A DNA stretch of 64,000 nt from an uncultured Clostridia bacterium (GTDB taxonomy: Bacteria; Bacillota; Clostridia; TANB77; CAG-508), in NCBI GenBank assembly GCA_934153805.1, contig CAKPFO010000002.1, positions 26,419-90,418 on the forward strand, written 5' to 3'. Position numbers and translations under genes: made by a program. Below are positions 1 through 10,600 of the stretch, in pieces; the stretch's first letter is position 1; the number at the start of each line of letters is the position of its first letter. The notes beneath the pieces were generated by a model. The model saw nothing but the letters and a program-made list of their open reading frames with translations. It was not told where the DNA came from and searched no databases.

Positions 1-3000
1 TTGCGCTGCTGCTCCGTTTCCCCATTTTCTTGTATCTACAGAGAAGTTTCCTTCTAAGCTATCTTCTGTATACATATCTACAGCTTGCATTTTAATATTT
101 AGCATTGGATAATATTTAATAGTTACATTTATTGTATTTCTTGTATTAGATACTTGTATATATCTTCCATCTGCTATAAATCCTATAGAGTTTGAGTCTC
201 CACCTGGGTTATATACACTTGTTGATACTATTTTTCCTTCATCATTAAATTGTACATTTACTAATAATGCATAAGCTATTGATTGATATGTTGCATTGCC
301 CTTTTCTTCTCCAATATAATATTTATTTGGTACATTCTTTTGTACAAATCTTAATATTCTATTAGGCTTGCTAGTTCCATCTTCGTATATTCCAAAGCTT
401 GCTGTGTCTTCTCCATGTGCTGAGTCTGAGCCTGTTTCTAATCTTATTTTATATTTTGGATCTTCAGTAAATGATGTTGTATATTGTGTGTCTACAAGGA
501 ATGCATCAAATGTTGCTGTTTCAAGCTTTTTATCATTATCATATACATCTTCTACTGTTAAGTGTACTCTTACTTCATCACTTGGTTTATTTCTTACAGT
601 TATATCAAATGTAAATCCATCTTGATTTATATTTTCTATATCTATATCTCCAGAAACTAGTTTTACTGGATCTGAGTCAATCATTTTTCCTGTAGCATCA
701 TATGTTACTTCAAATATTACTACTTCATCTAGCCAATCATAGCCATCTGCTTTCTTTGTTTCCTTTAATGTGTACTCTATTGTTTTATTTTCCAAAGTAT
801 TATTCATATATGCTGTAGCATGACCATCAGTATCTGTTGTAACATTGTCAACATCTAGTCTTACAGATTCTTTAACTATTGCTAGTAAATCATCTACTCT
901 ATCTTTAGTTGTAGTTTCATTAGATATTAATTTATCAACTACTTCTTTATATGTTATAGCATTTACTTTTTGATTTACTTGTGTTTTTGTTGCCTTTCCT
1001 AATTCAGCAATTTTATTAACTTTAGCACTAAATACTATTTCATTTCTTATTTCGTTTTCTTCATCAGCAGATAAATTACCTGCATCTTTTAACTCTTGCA
1101 ATAGTTTTTCTATTCCCAAGTCTTGTTTTATTAATTCAACATCTTCTGGATTGATTTTTAATCTATCAATTACTTGTGATAAATAGTTTTCTTCTGTAAG
1201 TGTAGCTGTATTCAATGTTAAATATTTTTTCTCTTCATCACTATAATTTGATAAATTGTTTTCTTTAATTCTTGCTGTTAATTCAAAGTCAACTCTTGGA
1301 ACAGCCTTACCTGTTTCTTCATCTACTTTATTAATATTTATTGCAAGTTGTGGGTTACTTTGTATTTCTACATTTACCTTAAACTTATCTTCATCTGTAA
1401 CTTGTACAGGTACGCTTGCTGTTGCTATGTTTGAAGATTGAACAACTCTTGGTGTATTTATTACATATCCTAAATTATCAAAGTCAACTTCTACCTTTAC
1501 AGGAATTGTTAATTTTTGATATCTTGCACTTGGGCTTAATTCTGTAATAGTATATGTTACAGTTTGTGAATATCCGCTTTTATCTATATTAGCAATTGCT
1601 ATTCCATCAGTACCTGTTGTAGCTACTTGTGACTCTGTATTTATTGAAGATGTCATTTTATAGCTTGTACCTGCAAGTACTGTTCCTGTTTGTCTGTCAA
1701 CGTTTTTAATTTCAAATTTAACGTCTGGATAACTCTTAACTGTAATATTTACTATTCCTTTATCATTTCCGTTATATCCTACATCTGCACTTGTAGAAGG
1801 TACTTTATGTGTAACTTCTACAAAGTTAACATATTTGTTTACGTCTCCTACTATTTTTGTGTCTACTATATTTCTATTTGCATCAAATTTTACTTCTATT
1901 TCAAAATCTTCTATAGTTGCATATCCATATGCTGCTTTGTTTTGGCTTACTTTATATCTTCTTGTTACTGTTTCATCTGTTTCAAATTTAGGTAAATAAT
2001 TATAAGCATCACCATTTATATCTGTTACTAAGTTCTTTGTTTCTCCGTCTTGTGCTACTATTGTAAAGTCTCCATTTACAAGATTATTGTTGTCAAAATA
2101 TCCTATATTCTTTATAGTAAATGGTACTTTTGGTTCAATATCTATTTTTATAGTTATTTCTTTTCCTGTATAAGATATCACTGTTAAACCATCTGTTAGA
2201 CTTTCTGGCATTTCTGAAATGTTTCCATCTGCATCATATTTTATTCTAAATTGTTGATCTTGTATTGGCATATAGTTGTTAAATTCATTTGTTTGTCTTA
2301 TTACATATGTTTCTATTCCATTTGGAAGAACATATCCTACTTCTATTTTAGTAGTCCCTGTACCTGGTATATTATGTGTTGGTGTTATTGCATATTCTAC
2401 ATTTGTTAATGAAGAACTATTTGTAACATCTTGTGTTTGTACATTTACTATTAATTTGTCTTGTGGGTCTACATTAATACGTATGTCTATATCGTTTCCA
2501 TCTGCTGTATTTACAGCATTTATACTCCATATAGTTCCATATCCATCTAAACTAGCATTTGCATTATAAGTTGCTGTTGCATCTATATATCCATCCATAT
2601 CGAATACTACTTTTACAACAATTGGTTGTGCTAATTTTTTATAATAATTTGCTGCAACTAAATTGTCTATTGTGTATTCAACTTCATATCCTGTTACTCC
2701 ATAATCACTTGCATGATAGTTTGCTCCTACTAATGCATTTGCTTTTCCTTCTGCATTTGTTGGATTTAAATCTTTTTGTGGACCATGGTCAGAAGTTACC
2801 CTAAATTTGTACTCACTTACTGGGTCTTGTGTTACACTATCTTTTACTTCTATACCAAATTTAAATGTATCAATTTCTAAATCCGTTAAGGTTAATATTG
2901 CTTCAGTTTTTAGTGTTCCATCTGACATTGTTCGTGTATTTGTTTTTACACTTGCTCTTGGTGTTGAATAATTACTTTCTTCTAACACTAATTCCATTTC

Positions 3001-6000
3001 GCCTGTTATTGCATCTATTGATTTTACTGTTAATATTTCTGTATATTCATTCTTTTCATATCCTATTGGTGCAGCAGATTCAGTAACTTCAATTGTTGTT
3101 CCTGCAGATACCATAAATCCTTCTAGTTCTACTCTATCTGTTACATCTATTCCTTTTCTTGTTAGTCTTGAACCATCTGGTCTTGTTACTACAACATCAT
3201 ACTTGGCTCCTGGTAATAAATCCCCTTGTTTATTAACTTTTTGCAAATCTAGTGCAAAGTTTCCAACATCATCATAATCTGTATATAAATCTAAATATAC
3301 GTTACTTTCATATGCAATGTCTGATTCATATCCACTAAATTCTTTCTTTATAACTAATCTGTTACCCCATGTTGCTTCAACATTTGTTACTGCTACAATA
3401 TTTTTGTATGTATTATATCTAAATGTTAATTTTATTGTTATTTCAGTATTAGGAATAGCTTTTCCATCTTTATCTACTTCGTGTAATTGTAAATAGTCTA
3501 CTCTTTCACCATTTTTCAATTCATTACCTTTTACTCTTATTCCTAATATTTCGAAATATCCATTATTGTCTGTTTCCCAATAATTTATTGTTACAGGATT
3601 TCCACTTGCATCTACTGTACTACGATTGCTATCTAAAGAAGTTCCATCTGACATTTTTAATGTACTTGATGAGATTATATTTCTTACCCCTGCTACTAAA
3701 TAGTTATTTGTATCTTTTTTGTTGATATATAAGTTTAATATTGTATCTGCTCCAGATTTTTTCTCATTTACATCATGGTAAACAATATCTTTACCAGAAA
3801 TTTCTGTACCTATATATTGTCCATTTGCTACATCATATTCATATGGATTTTGACTTACAATTGTATAGCCTGTAACCGCATCATAATGTAATTTTATTAC
3901 TTGCTCTTCTTTGTTTATTTTGTATCCTGTTGGAGTAGCTGTTTCTCTAATTGTTATAGTTACGTCTTCACCTGTTAACATTCTTGTGCTAATTTGTCCA
4001 TCAGCATTTGTTAATCTTCCTATAAGCTCTTTTATTCCATTTTCAGATTCCATAACAACACTATATTTTGCTCCTGCTAAAGGATTAGCCCCTGTTATAG
4101 CATCTACAACATTTATCTTGAAATAATATGTATTAGCTACATCTGGTGTTAATGATACTTCTGTTGTTAATGTATCAAATATACTAGCATCTTCTGTTAA
4201 TTGTTCATATGTAGTTTTTGCATATGGTGTTGTATATGATACTGTATTTCCTGCATATATAAATTTCTTACTATTAAATGATGCTTTTATTGTTGCTAAA
4301 TTTAAGTTTCCTACAACATATCCTGCTGGTGCTTCTAGTATATCTATTGAATATTGTGCTTCTCCTAGTGGTTCATTTGCTATTATAAATGTAGCATATC
4401 CATCTCTATCTGTTCTTGCTGTATATGTCTCTGTACTACCTACTTTAGTTAATTGTACAGTAACACCAATTATATTTACGTCTCTTTCTTCTTCATCTAT
4501 TAATTTTACTCTTATTCTATTTTGTTCTGTTCCTTCTTGTGTTTCTAAGTTAACAATAAGCGTGTTTGTTCCAGAATCTGCATTAGCTCTTATTCCATTT
4601 GGTGTTGTTGCAGATACATATTGAACAGTTCCTTTTGTTCTATATACAACTATTTCTTTTGTTACAGTATCTTCTACATATCCTGGTTTAGTAGCAACTT
4701 CTTTTATTCTTACTCTTACATATCCAGTTCCTGGAATTTCTAAGTTTATTTGTCCATTGCTATCTGTCATATTGTTTTTAAATGATGTTTCTACTTCTTC
4801 TCCGGCAGATGTAACCCTTGCTACATCTATGTCATATACTGCTCCTTCTATTTTTATGTCGTTATTTATCTTGTCCATTAAATTAATTTGTAGATTAAAC
4901 ATTTCGTCTTCTTGTGCAGCATTTTTTGCGATAACTTTTACACTACTGTCGTTTATCCATTCTGATTCTACTTGGTCATTAAATTTATGTGTAAAGTTAC
5001 TTAATACTTTTCCATTTTCAAATGTTACAAACAAACTAACATTTCCCATAGAATCGTATCCTTCTTGCTCTGTCATTTGAGTAAGCACATATTGATATGT
5101 TCCATCTTTAGTCATAACAGCTGGTTTAAATATTAATTTTCCATCTGAATCTGTTGTAGCATATAATGCTTCCATGTCATATTTACTGTTTAATTTAGGT
5201 TGAATTAATCTGTATTCAACATTTCCGATTTTTACATTACTATTATTTGCGTCTACTGTTTCAACTTCTAATGTATATGTATCTACACTTATTGGTAATT
5301 TAACAGTTACATTTCTCTTAACATTATCTACTATTGGTTCTGTAACATCAGACTCTGCCCAAATAGCTCCTACTCCTGTTGGATCATTATGTACAATTAT
5401 TTGTGTTGCAGATGTATCTGAATATCCAAATTGATTTACATCTGGTGAAATTTCAAATGTAATATCACCTAACGTCTTTAATTCATCTATTAATATTTTT
5501 CCATTTGAATCTGTTGTTAATGTTTGATTATATACTTCTTTTGTAATATCTTTTCCATCTGAATCTGTGCCTGTCACAACAGTTCCTATAACTTTTACAT
5601 CTAATCCTGTTACTGGAATTTTATCACTCTTTTCACTAACAGCTTGTATTGTCATACTATATTTTCTACAAATAACGTATGTTGGTGATTCGTCTGTTTC
5701 TACTGTCTTAGCCTCTGTTTCGTAATCTTTGTATGCATCATATGTAATTTTAATGTTTTGATTGCTCTTTAATTCTCTGTATATTTTTCCGGCATCTATT
5801 GCTACACTATTTTTTAATGTTAGAGTATATTTTATAGTTTTCGTTTCTCCTGCTTTTATATCTCTGCACTCAAACGTGTATCCATCTGTAGTATCTGTTG
5901 CCGTTACTCCTGCTGGTTTTGAATCGATTGTTAAATCAAAGTATTTTTTAGTTTCTTCTGTAAATACTTCTTGAACTTTTACATTTATCATGCTTAAATT

Positions 6001-6753
6001 TACATTATCATATATATAAGAGAAGTTTTCAATGTCTGCTATCATTTTTATATCACCAAGTGATTTGTCAGTTGCTGCTTCATATTCATCATTGGTCATG
6101 TCTGTTAATACAGAATAAACCTGTATTCCGTTACTAACCGCTTCTTGTAATTTATCTTTAATTGTATCTGTTGCATCTGTAAATACAACTAAATACTTAG
6201 CAGTTGTACTACCACTAAATGAACTTATAGCTCTAGTAACTCCATCAACAACACTTTCTCCATTATTGTATGAAATATTATCTACTGCAGTTGTATATGT
6301 AGATACTTCAGCTCTTCCCATAACTTGTTTTATACCAGTATTATCTGATAAAGAAACTTTGGCAGTTGAAGAATTGTTTAATAATTCTGTTATTAAAGAT
6401 TTTACTTTACCTTTTACCTCTTTGTTAGTATCATTTATGTTCATACTTCTAGAGTTGTCCATCACAACAGCTATTTCTGGCACTTGTGATTTATCCTTCA
6501 TGTTACTAACATTTAGTTCGTAAGTTAAGCTTTTAGAAGTTTCTCCTACTATCTTTTTAGTTAAACTTGCATGGCCATCTTGAACTAAGTTTTTCTCCCC
6601 ATAGTCCTTTACCTCTACAACATAATCACTATTATCGTCCGCAAATACTGCCATGCTTGTAATTAATAAAATTATAGCCATTATAATCATTGCTACAATA
6701 ACTAATTTTTTTTGATTATCAATCACAATCTCCCTCATTTTTTCTTTTGACAT
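1..6753 (-). CDS. Giant secreted adhesin, N-terminal 2251 codons (3' end lies beyond the left edge): signal/anchor helix, von Willebrand factor A domain with MIDAS motif, then a long array of SpaA/Cna-B-like (prealbumin-fold) repeats
   Basis: Missing from the ORF track because there is no stop in the window. My reverse-strand translation from ATG 6753 (GAGAGGG RBS about 8 nt upstream) gives MSKEKMREIVIDNQKKLVIVAMIIMAIILLITSMAVFADD..., then PEIAVVMDNSRSMNINDT (DxSxS MIDAS near 6445-6459), then repeats with TDSDGK/TDRDGY ... APAGY-type motifs. I translated about 6753 to 4300 continuously and spot-checked nt 1-60, where the frame is still open (...SLEGNFSVDTRKWGNGAAAQ); the middle was not read codon by codon. 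Plus-strand ORFs over it are short F/L/S/I-rich antisense artefacts. Confidence 0.85.
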   Translation of the reverse strand, partial: MSKEKMREIVIDNQKKLVIVAMIIMAIILLITSMAVFADDNSDYVVEVKDYGEKNLVQDGHASLTKKIVGETSKSLTYELNVSNMKDKSQVPEIAVVMDNSRSMNINDTNKEVKGKVKSLITELLNNSSTAKVSLSDNTGIKQVMGRAEVSTYTTAVDNISYNNGESVVDGVTRAISSFSGSTTAKYLVVFTDATDTIKDKLQEAVSNGIQVYSVLTDMTNDEYEAATDKSLGDIKMIADIENFSYIYDNVNLSMINVKVQEVFTEETKKYFDLTIDSKPAGVTATDTTDGYTFECRDIKAGETKTIKYTLTLKNSVAIDAGKIYRELKSNQNIKITYDAYKDYETEAKTVETDESPTYVICRKYSMTIQAVSEKSDKIPVTGLDVKVIGTVVTGTDSDGKDITKEVYNQTLTTDSNGKILIDELKTLGDITFEISPDVNQFGYSDTSATQIIVHNDPTGVGAIWAESDVTEPIVDNVKRNVTVKLPISVDTYTLEVETVDANNSNVKIGNVEYRLIQPKLNSKYDMEALYATTDSDGKLIFKPAVMTKDGTYQYVLTQMTEQEGYDSMGNVSLFVTFENGKVLSNFTHKFNDQVESEWINDSSVKVIAKNAAQEDEMFNLQINLMDKINNDIKIEGAVYDIDVARVTSAGEEVETSFKNNMTDSNGQINLEIPGTGYVRVRIKEVATKPGYVEDTVTKEIVVYRTKGTVQYVSATTPNGIRANADSGTNTLIVNLETQEGTEQNRIRVKLIDEEERDVNIIGVTVQLTKVGSTETYTARTDRDGYATFIIANEPLGEAQYSIDILEAPAGYVVGNLNLATIKASFNSKKFIYAGNTVSYTTPYAKTTYEQLTEDASIFDTLTTEVSLTPDVANTYYFKINVVDAITGANPLAGAKYSVVMESENGIKELIGRLTNADGQISTRMLTGEDVTITIRETATPTGYKINKEEQVIKLHYDAVTGYTIVSQNPYEYDVANGQYIGTEISGKDIVYHDVNEKKSGADTILNLYINKKDTNNYLVAGVRNIISSSTLKMSDGTSLDSNRSTVDASGNPVTINYWETDNNGYFEILGIRVKGNELKNGERVDYLQLHEVDKDGKAIPNTEITIKLTFRYNTYKNIVAVTNVEATWGNRLVIKKEFSGYESDIAYESNVYLDLYTDYDDVGNFALDLQKVNKQGDLLPGAKYDVVVTRPDGSRLTRKGIDVTDRVELEGFMVSAGTTIEVTESAAPIGYEKNEYTEILTVKSIDAITGEMELVLEESNYSTPRASVKTNTRTMSDGTLKTEAILTLTDLEIDTFKFGIEVKDSVTQDPVSEYKFRVTSDHGPQKDLNPTNAEGKANALVGANYHASDYGVTGYEVEYTIDNLVAANYYKKLAQPIVVKVVFDMDGYIDATATYNANASLDGYGTIWSINAVNTADGNDIDIRINVDPQDKLIVNVQTQDVTNSSSLTNVEYAITPTHNIPGTGTTKIEVGYVLPNGIETYVIRQTNEFNNYMPIQDQQFRIKYDADGNISEMPESLTDGLTVISYTGKEITIKIDIEPKVPFTIKNIGYFDNNNLVNGDFTIVAQDGETKNLVTDINGDAYNYLPKFETDETVTRRYKVSQNKAAYGYATIEDFEIEVKFDANRNIVDTKIVGDVNKYVNFVEVTHKVPSTSADVGYNGNDKGIVNITVKSYPDVKFEIKNVDRQTGTVLAGTSYKMTSSINTESQVATTGTDGIAIANIDKSGYSQTVTYTITELSPSARYQKLTIPVKVEVDFDNLGYVINTPRVVQSSNIATASVPVQVTDEDKFKVNVEIQSNPQLAININKVDEETGKAVPRVDFELTARIKENNLSNYSDEEKKYLTLNTATLTEENYLSQVIDRLKINPEDVELIKQDLGIEKLLQELKDAGNLSADEENEIRNEIVFSAKVNKIAELGKATKTQVNQKVNAITYKEVVDKLISNETTTKDRVDDLLAIVKESVRLDVDNVTTDTDGHATAYMNNTLENKTIEYTLKETKKADGYDWLDEVVIFEVTYDATGKMIDSDPVKLVSGDIDIENINQDGFTFDITVRNKPSDEVRVHLTVEDVYDNDKKLETATFDAFLVDTQYTTSFTEDPKYKIRLETGSDSAHGEDTASFGIYEDGTSKPNRILRFVQKNVPNKYYIGEEKGNATYQSIAYALLVNVQFNDEGKIVSTSVYNPGGDSNSIGFIADGRYIQVSNTRNTINVTIKYYPMLNIKMQAVDMYTEDSLEGNFSVDTRKWGNGAAAQ

Positions 6754-7096
6754 TTTCTTTCCCTCTCTTTTTTGCATAATTATAGTAACTTTAATATATA
6801 GGAAAATCTAAAACATTTCAATTACTGTTTTTTTCAATGTTTCAAATATTACAAACATTTTTCGTGTCTATTTTTACGGAAATACTGCTTTGTTTTTACA
6901 AATTATCTTTTTTTATATTTATATTAAATTTATTTTACAAAAATCGCTTTAAATCGACTTTTGCTAGGGAATTCTCATTTTATTAATAATTGTGCATTTT
7001 TCGTTTTTATTGTATGTATAAAAAGTATTGATTTGTCCATACTATATTTAGTTTTATCTATATGATATTTCTAATCATATTAAAAATAAGGAAGGA

Positions 7097-7294
7097 ATGA
7101 TTTATATGGCAAATTTATCACAAGTAGAATTGCAAAATTTAAGACATCTAATAGGTGCTCACGAAACATCTTATCAAAAATTAAACACATATGCTTCACA
7201 AGCAGTAGACCCACAAATTAAGCAAATGTTTACAAAATCTGCTCAAGATGCATTAAACACTAAACAAAAATTAATGTCATTTTTAGATAATTAG
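7097..7294 (+). CDS. Small spore-coat-associated protein (partner of the CotF-like gene)
   Basis: 65-aa ORF. The more likely start is ATG 7106 (MANLSQ...), 8-9 nt after AAGGAAGG. Helical Q/K-rich protein directly upstream of a Coat-F-like ORF, an arrangement common in clostridia. Function is inferred from context only. Confidence 0.45.
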   Translation: MIYMANLSQVELQNLRHLIGAHETSYQKLNTYASQAVDPQIKQMFTKSAQDALNTKQKLMSFLDN

Positions 7295-7339
7295 GTTTTT
7301 CAATTATCTTTATAATCTATGAAAGGAATGTGATTTAAA

Positions 7340-7582
7340 ATGGATGAAAAAACAATGGTTAATGATATATTAGATGGTGTAAAAGCTAGTCTTACTACGT
7401 ATCAAGGTGTAATTTCTGAAGCTGAAAACATAAATTTAAGACAAACTATTCAACAAATTAGAAATAGTGATGAAAGTTTTCAATACGAGTTATTTAAAGT
7501 AGCTCAATCTAAAGGTTATTATAAACCTGCTCAACCAGCAACAGTAACAGAAATTCAAACAGTAAAAAACGAGTTGCAATAA
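7340..7582 (+). CDS. CotF-family (Coat F domain) spore coat protein
   Basis: 80 aa. MVNDILDGVKASLTTYQGVISEAENINLRQTIQQIRNSDESFQYELFKVAQSKGYY fits the Coat F pattern (L..ek....Y.....E..N..LR........h..l......GYY). RBS GAAAGGAA upstream. Confidence 0.6.
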   Translation: MDEKTMVNDILDGVKASLTTYQGVISEAENINLRQTIQQIRNSDESFQYELFKVAQSKGYYKPAQPATVTEIQTVKNELQ

Positions 7583-7642
7583 ACAAAAAACCAAGCATTT
7601 ATGCAGTGCATACTGCTAAATTGCTTGGTTTCTTGTTTTTTT
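7581..7642. terminator. Bidirectional rho-independent terminator between the cotF-like gene and the peptidase-LRR-dockerin gene
   Basis: AACCAAGCA (7589-7597) pairs with TGCTTGGTT (7622-7630). There is an inner GCAGT/ACTGC stem, an A-run on the left and a T-run on the right. Confidence 0.6.
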
Positions 7643-7648
7643 ATTATA

Positions 7649-10600
7649 TTATCTAGATAGTATTTTGTACAATTCATTTAAGTCATTGCTTCTTATTCTA
7701 TCATTGCCTTCGTCTAATACATCGGCTGCTTTTCTTTGTAGTTTATCAGTTATTTCATTTTTTCCTGACAAGTGGTTTATTAGTAACATTAAGTCTTTTG
7801 ACCTTACTCTTCCATCTCCATCTATATCACCTGAAATTACAATATAATATGTTTTTACTATATTATTAGCATTATCTTTTAATTCTATAGTGCTTCCTGT
7901 TCCAAGTTTATCTGTATTAGCTAATGTTTTTCCATTTTTATCTTTAGCTACTGTACTATATTTGGTATTTGGGAAATTAGCTTGTACTAATACATCTCCC
8001 ACTTTGTTGTTTTGACCGTTTAATGTTGTTATACATTCTTTGCCGTCTATTTGTTTTATAGGCATATTTGTATATACTTCACTTGCTTCACTTTTTATTG
8101 TACAGTACATATTGTATCTATAATCTCCACTACTAGCATACAATTTAGCTATTTTTATATTATCTCCATCAAAAATTTGTTTAGATATGTATCGTTGCCC
8201 TTCACTATCTTGTAGTATTGTTCCATTTTTTCCTGTTGAATAGTCTATATTTCCATTTTCATCTATTTCATATATACCTAGTCTTTTGTCATCTATATCA
8301 TCTTGTTCCATTGCTACTTGCATATATTGTGGCAACATTATTTTTTCATCTATAACAGTTAAGTCATTTACATCAAACTGACATATTATTTGCGTTTCTA
8401 AATTTCTATTATCTAATAGCTTACCTATATTGGCAATTTTTGATATATCCCATATGTCTAGCATTTTTATATTTTTATTATTTTCTAAACAGCTTATGTC
8501 TGTAATTTCAGTATTTCCTATATCTACACTTTCTAATTTTGGCAAATCTTTTAACGGTGAAATATCTCGTACAGAGCAACCATTTAAAAATACTTCTGCC
8601 AAATTAGAGTTGTTTTTTAGTGCCTGTATATCAGCTATTTTTTTCGAATTGTATACATATAAACTTTTTAAATTTTGTAAATTTCCTATTTCTGTAATAT
8701 CTTCTACATCTGAATAATTGATATTCACTTCATTTAAATTATATAGCTTTGATATTCCAGTTATGTCTACCACTTTTTCTCCTATGGTAATATCTTCTAT
8801 TTCATCAATTCTATTTATGTTTACAACCATTTTTAATAAATCTTTGCTTTTATACAAAATTGAATCTTTATACTCTAAATCAGCTTGTGCTGTTCTAGCA
8901 TATACAGTATCATAAAATCTATCTTCCTTGCATAGTATAGTTACAGTTTCATCTTTTCCATATATTTGTGGTTCATAATTTAATGTATAACCTTTGTATT
9001 CAATTGCTATAGTTTGTCCTTTAGTTAAATTTTGTACATCTTGCACTTTTACTTTTGTATAGTCAGTTATCTCTTGAAGTCCTCCATCTAAATATTGATA
9101 ATAAACTTTTAATGTATCTTTATTGAATTTATCTCCTTCTGTATATATCTCGTCACTTAACACTTTCAATCCTAAAATATCTAACTTACTTACTACATTG
9201 CAATTTATTTTGTATTCAGTTCCTTTAAATATTCCATTTTCTATTGTTATTACGGCTTCTAAAGTTCCTAGTGTATGTGGCTCTATCTCTATTAATCCAT
9301 TATTATAATCAATTGTACAATTTTTAGTAGTTATACTTGTTTTATCTACATACCTATTTTTATTTAATGTTTTAAATAAATTTGGAAGTTCAAATTCAGT
9401 TTTTACATTTAGTTGTATTTGTTTATTTATCTCTATTTTTTGATTTTTTGCTGACTCTGTATATTTTAAATACTTATTATCTATATTTGTTATTCCGTTG
9501 TCATCTGCATAAACTTCATACAATCTTCCTTTATGTGATAGGGCTAGATTATTTATTTTATTTTTATTAATTGATAGTATACTTAAACTTTCAAGATTAG
9601 ATAAACTAGATATATCTTGTATTTTATTGTTATTCATATATAATATCCATAATTTTTTCAAATTACTTAATACTTCGATATTAGCTATATTATTATTATC
9701 TAAGTACAATTCTGACACATTAATTAGTTTTTCTAAAAAGTTTATATCTTCTAATTCACATTTTTCCATATACAATTTTGTAATATTAGATAATTCTTTT
9801 ATTCCGTCTGTATTCGTTAATTTATTACTGTTCATATAAACAATGCTTAAATTTGTTAAATTTTGCATAAAATTCAAATCTGTCAATCCACAATCATTCA
9901 TTGATAAATATTTTAATTGTGTTAAATTTTCTACTCCTGTAACATTTTTATTTCCGTCAATATATAAGCCTTCTATATTTGTAAGTTCACTTACATCTTT
10001 TATATTAGTATTATTTATATATAAATATCTAATACTATTATTCTTTATATACTGAAGTTGTGAATCATCTATTGGGTTATCAGATAAATCCAAATTATAT
10101 CCATTAAAATCTTCTGCAAAATTCTCTAAATTTGAAATATTACAATTTGCAACTTTTAGTGAAGTTCCATTTGTAGGTATCAATATAGGATCTATATTTT
10201 TATTGCCTGATAAATCTAAATCCAAATTAGGTATAGTACATAAATTCCAAGCATCTACTATATTATTATTTCTTAATTCGATATTACCAATTTTTAGCTT
10301 TTGTAATATTGGTATAATAGTATCATCCAAGTTACAATCACTTAAATTTATTAAATCTATTTCTCCTGGCTCTAATTTTTCTAATCCTGTTAGATTAGTA
10401 TTTCCTGATAAATCTAATTCATATCCATATTTAGTTTTTATATTTTTTAACTCTGATACATCAGTTAGACTATTATTATTTAATTTTAATAATAACAATC
10501 CTGTTTTATTTTTTGCACATTCTACACTAGATATATTATTATATCCCAAATTTAACATATATATTTTTTCTAAATTTATTATAGCTGTTGCATCTGTAAT

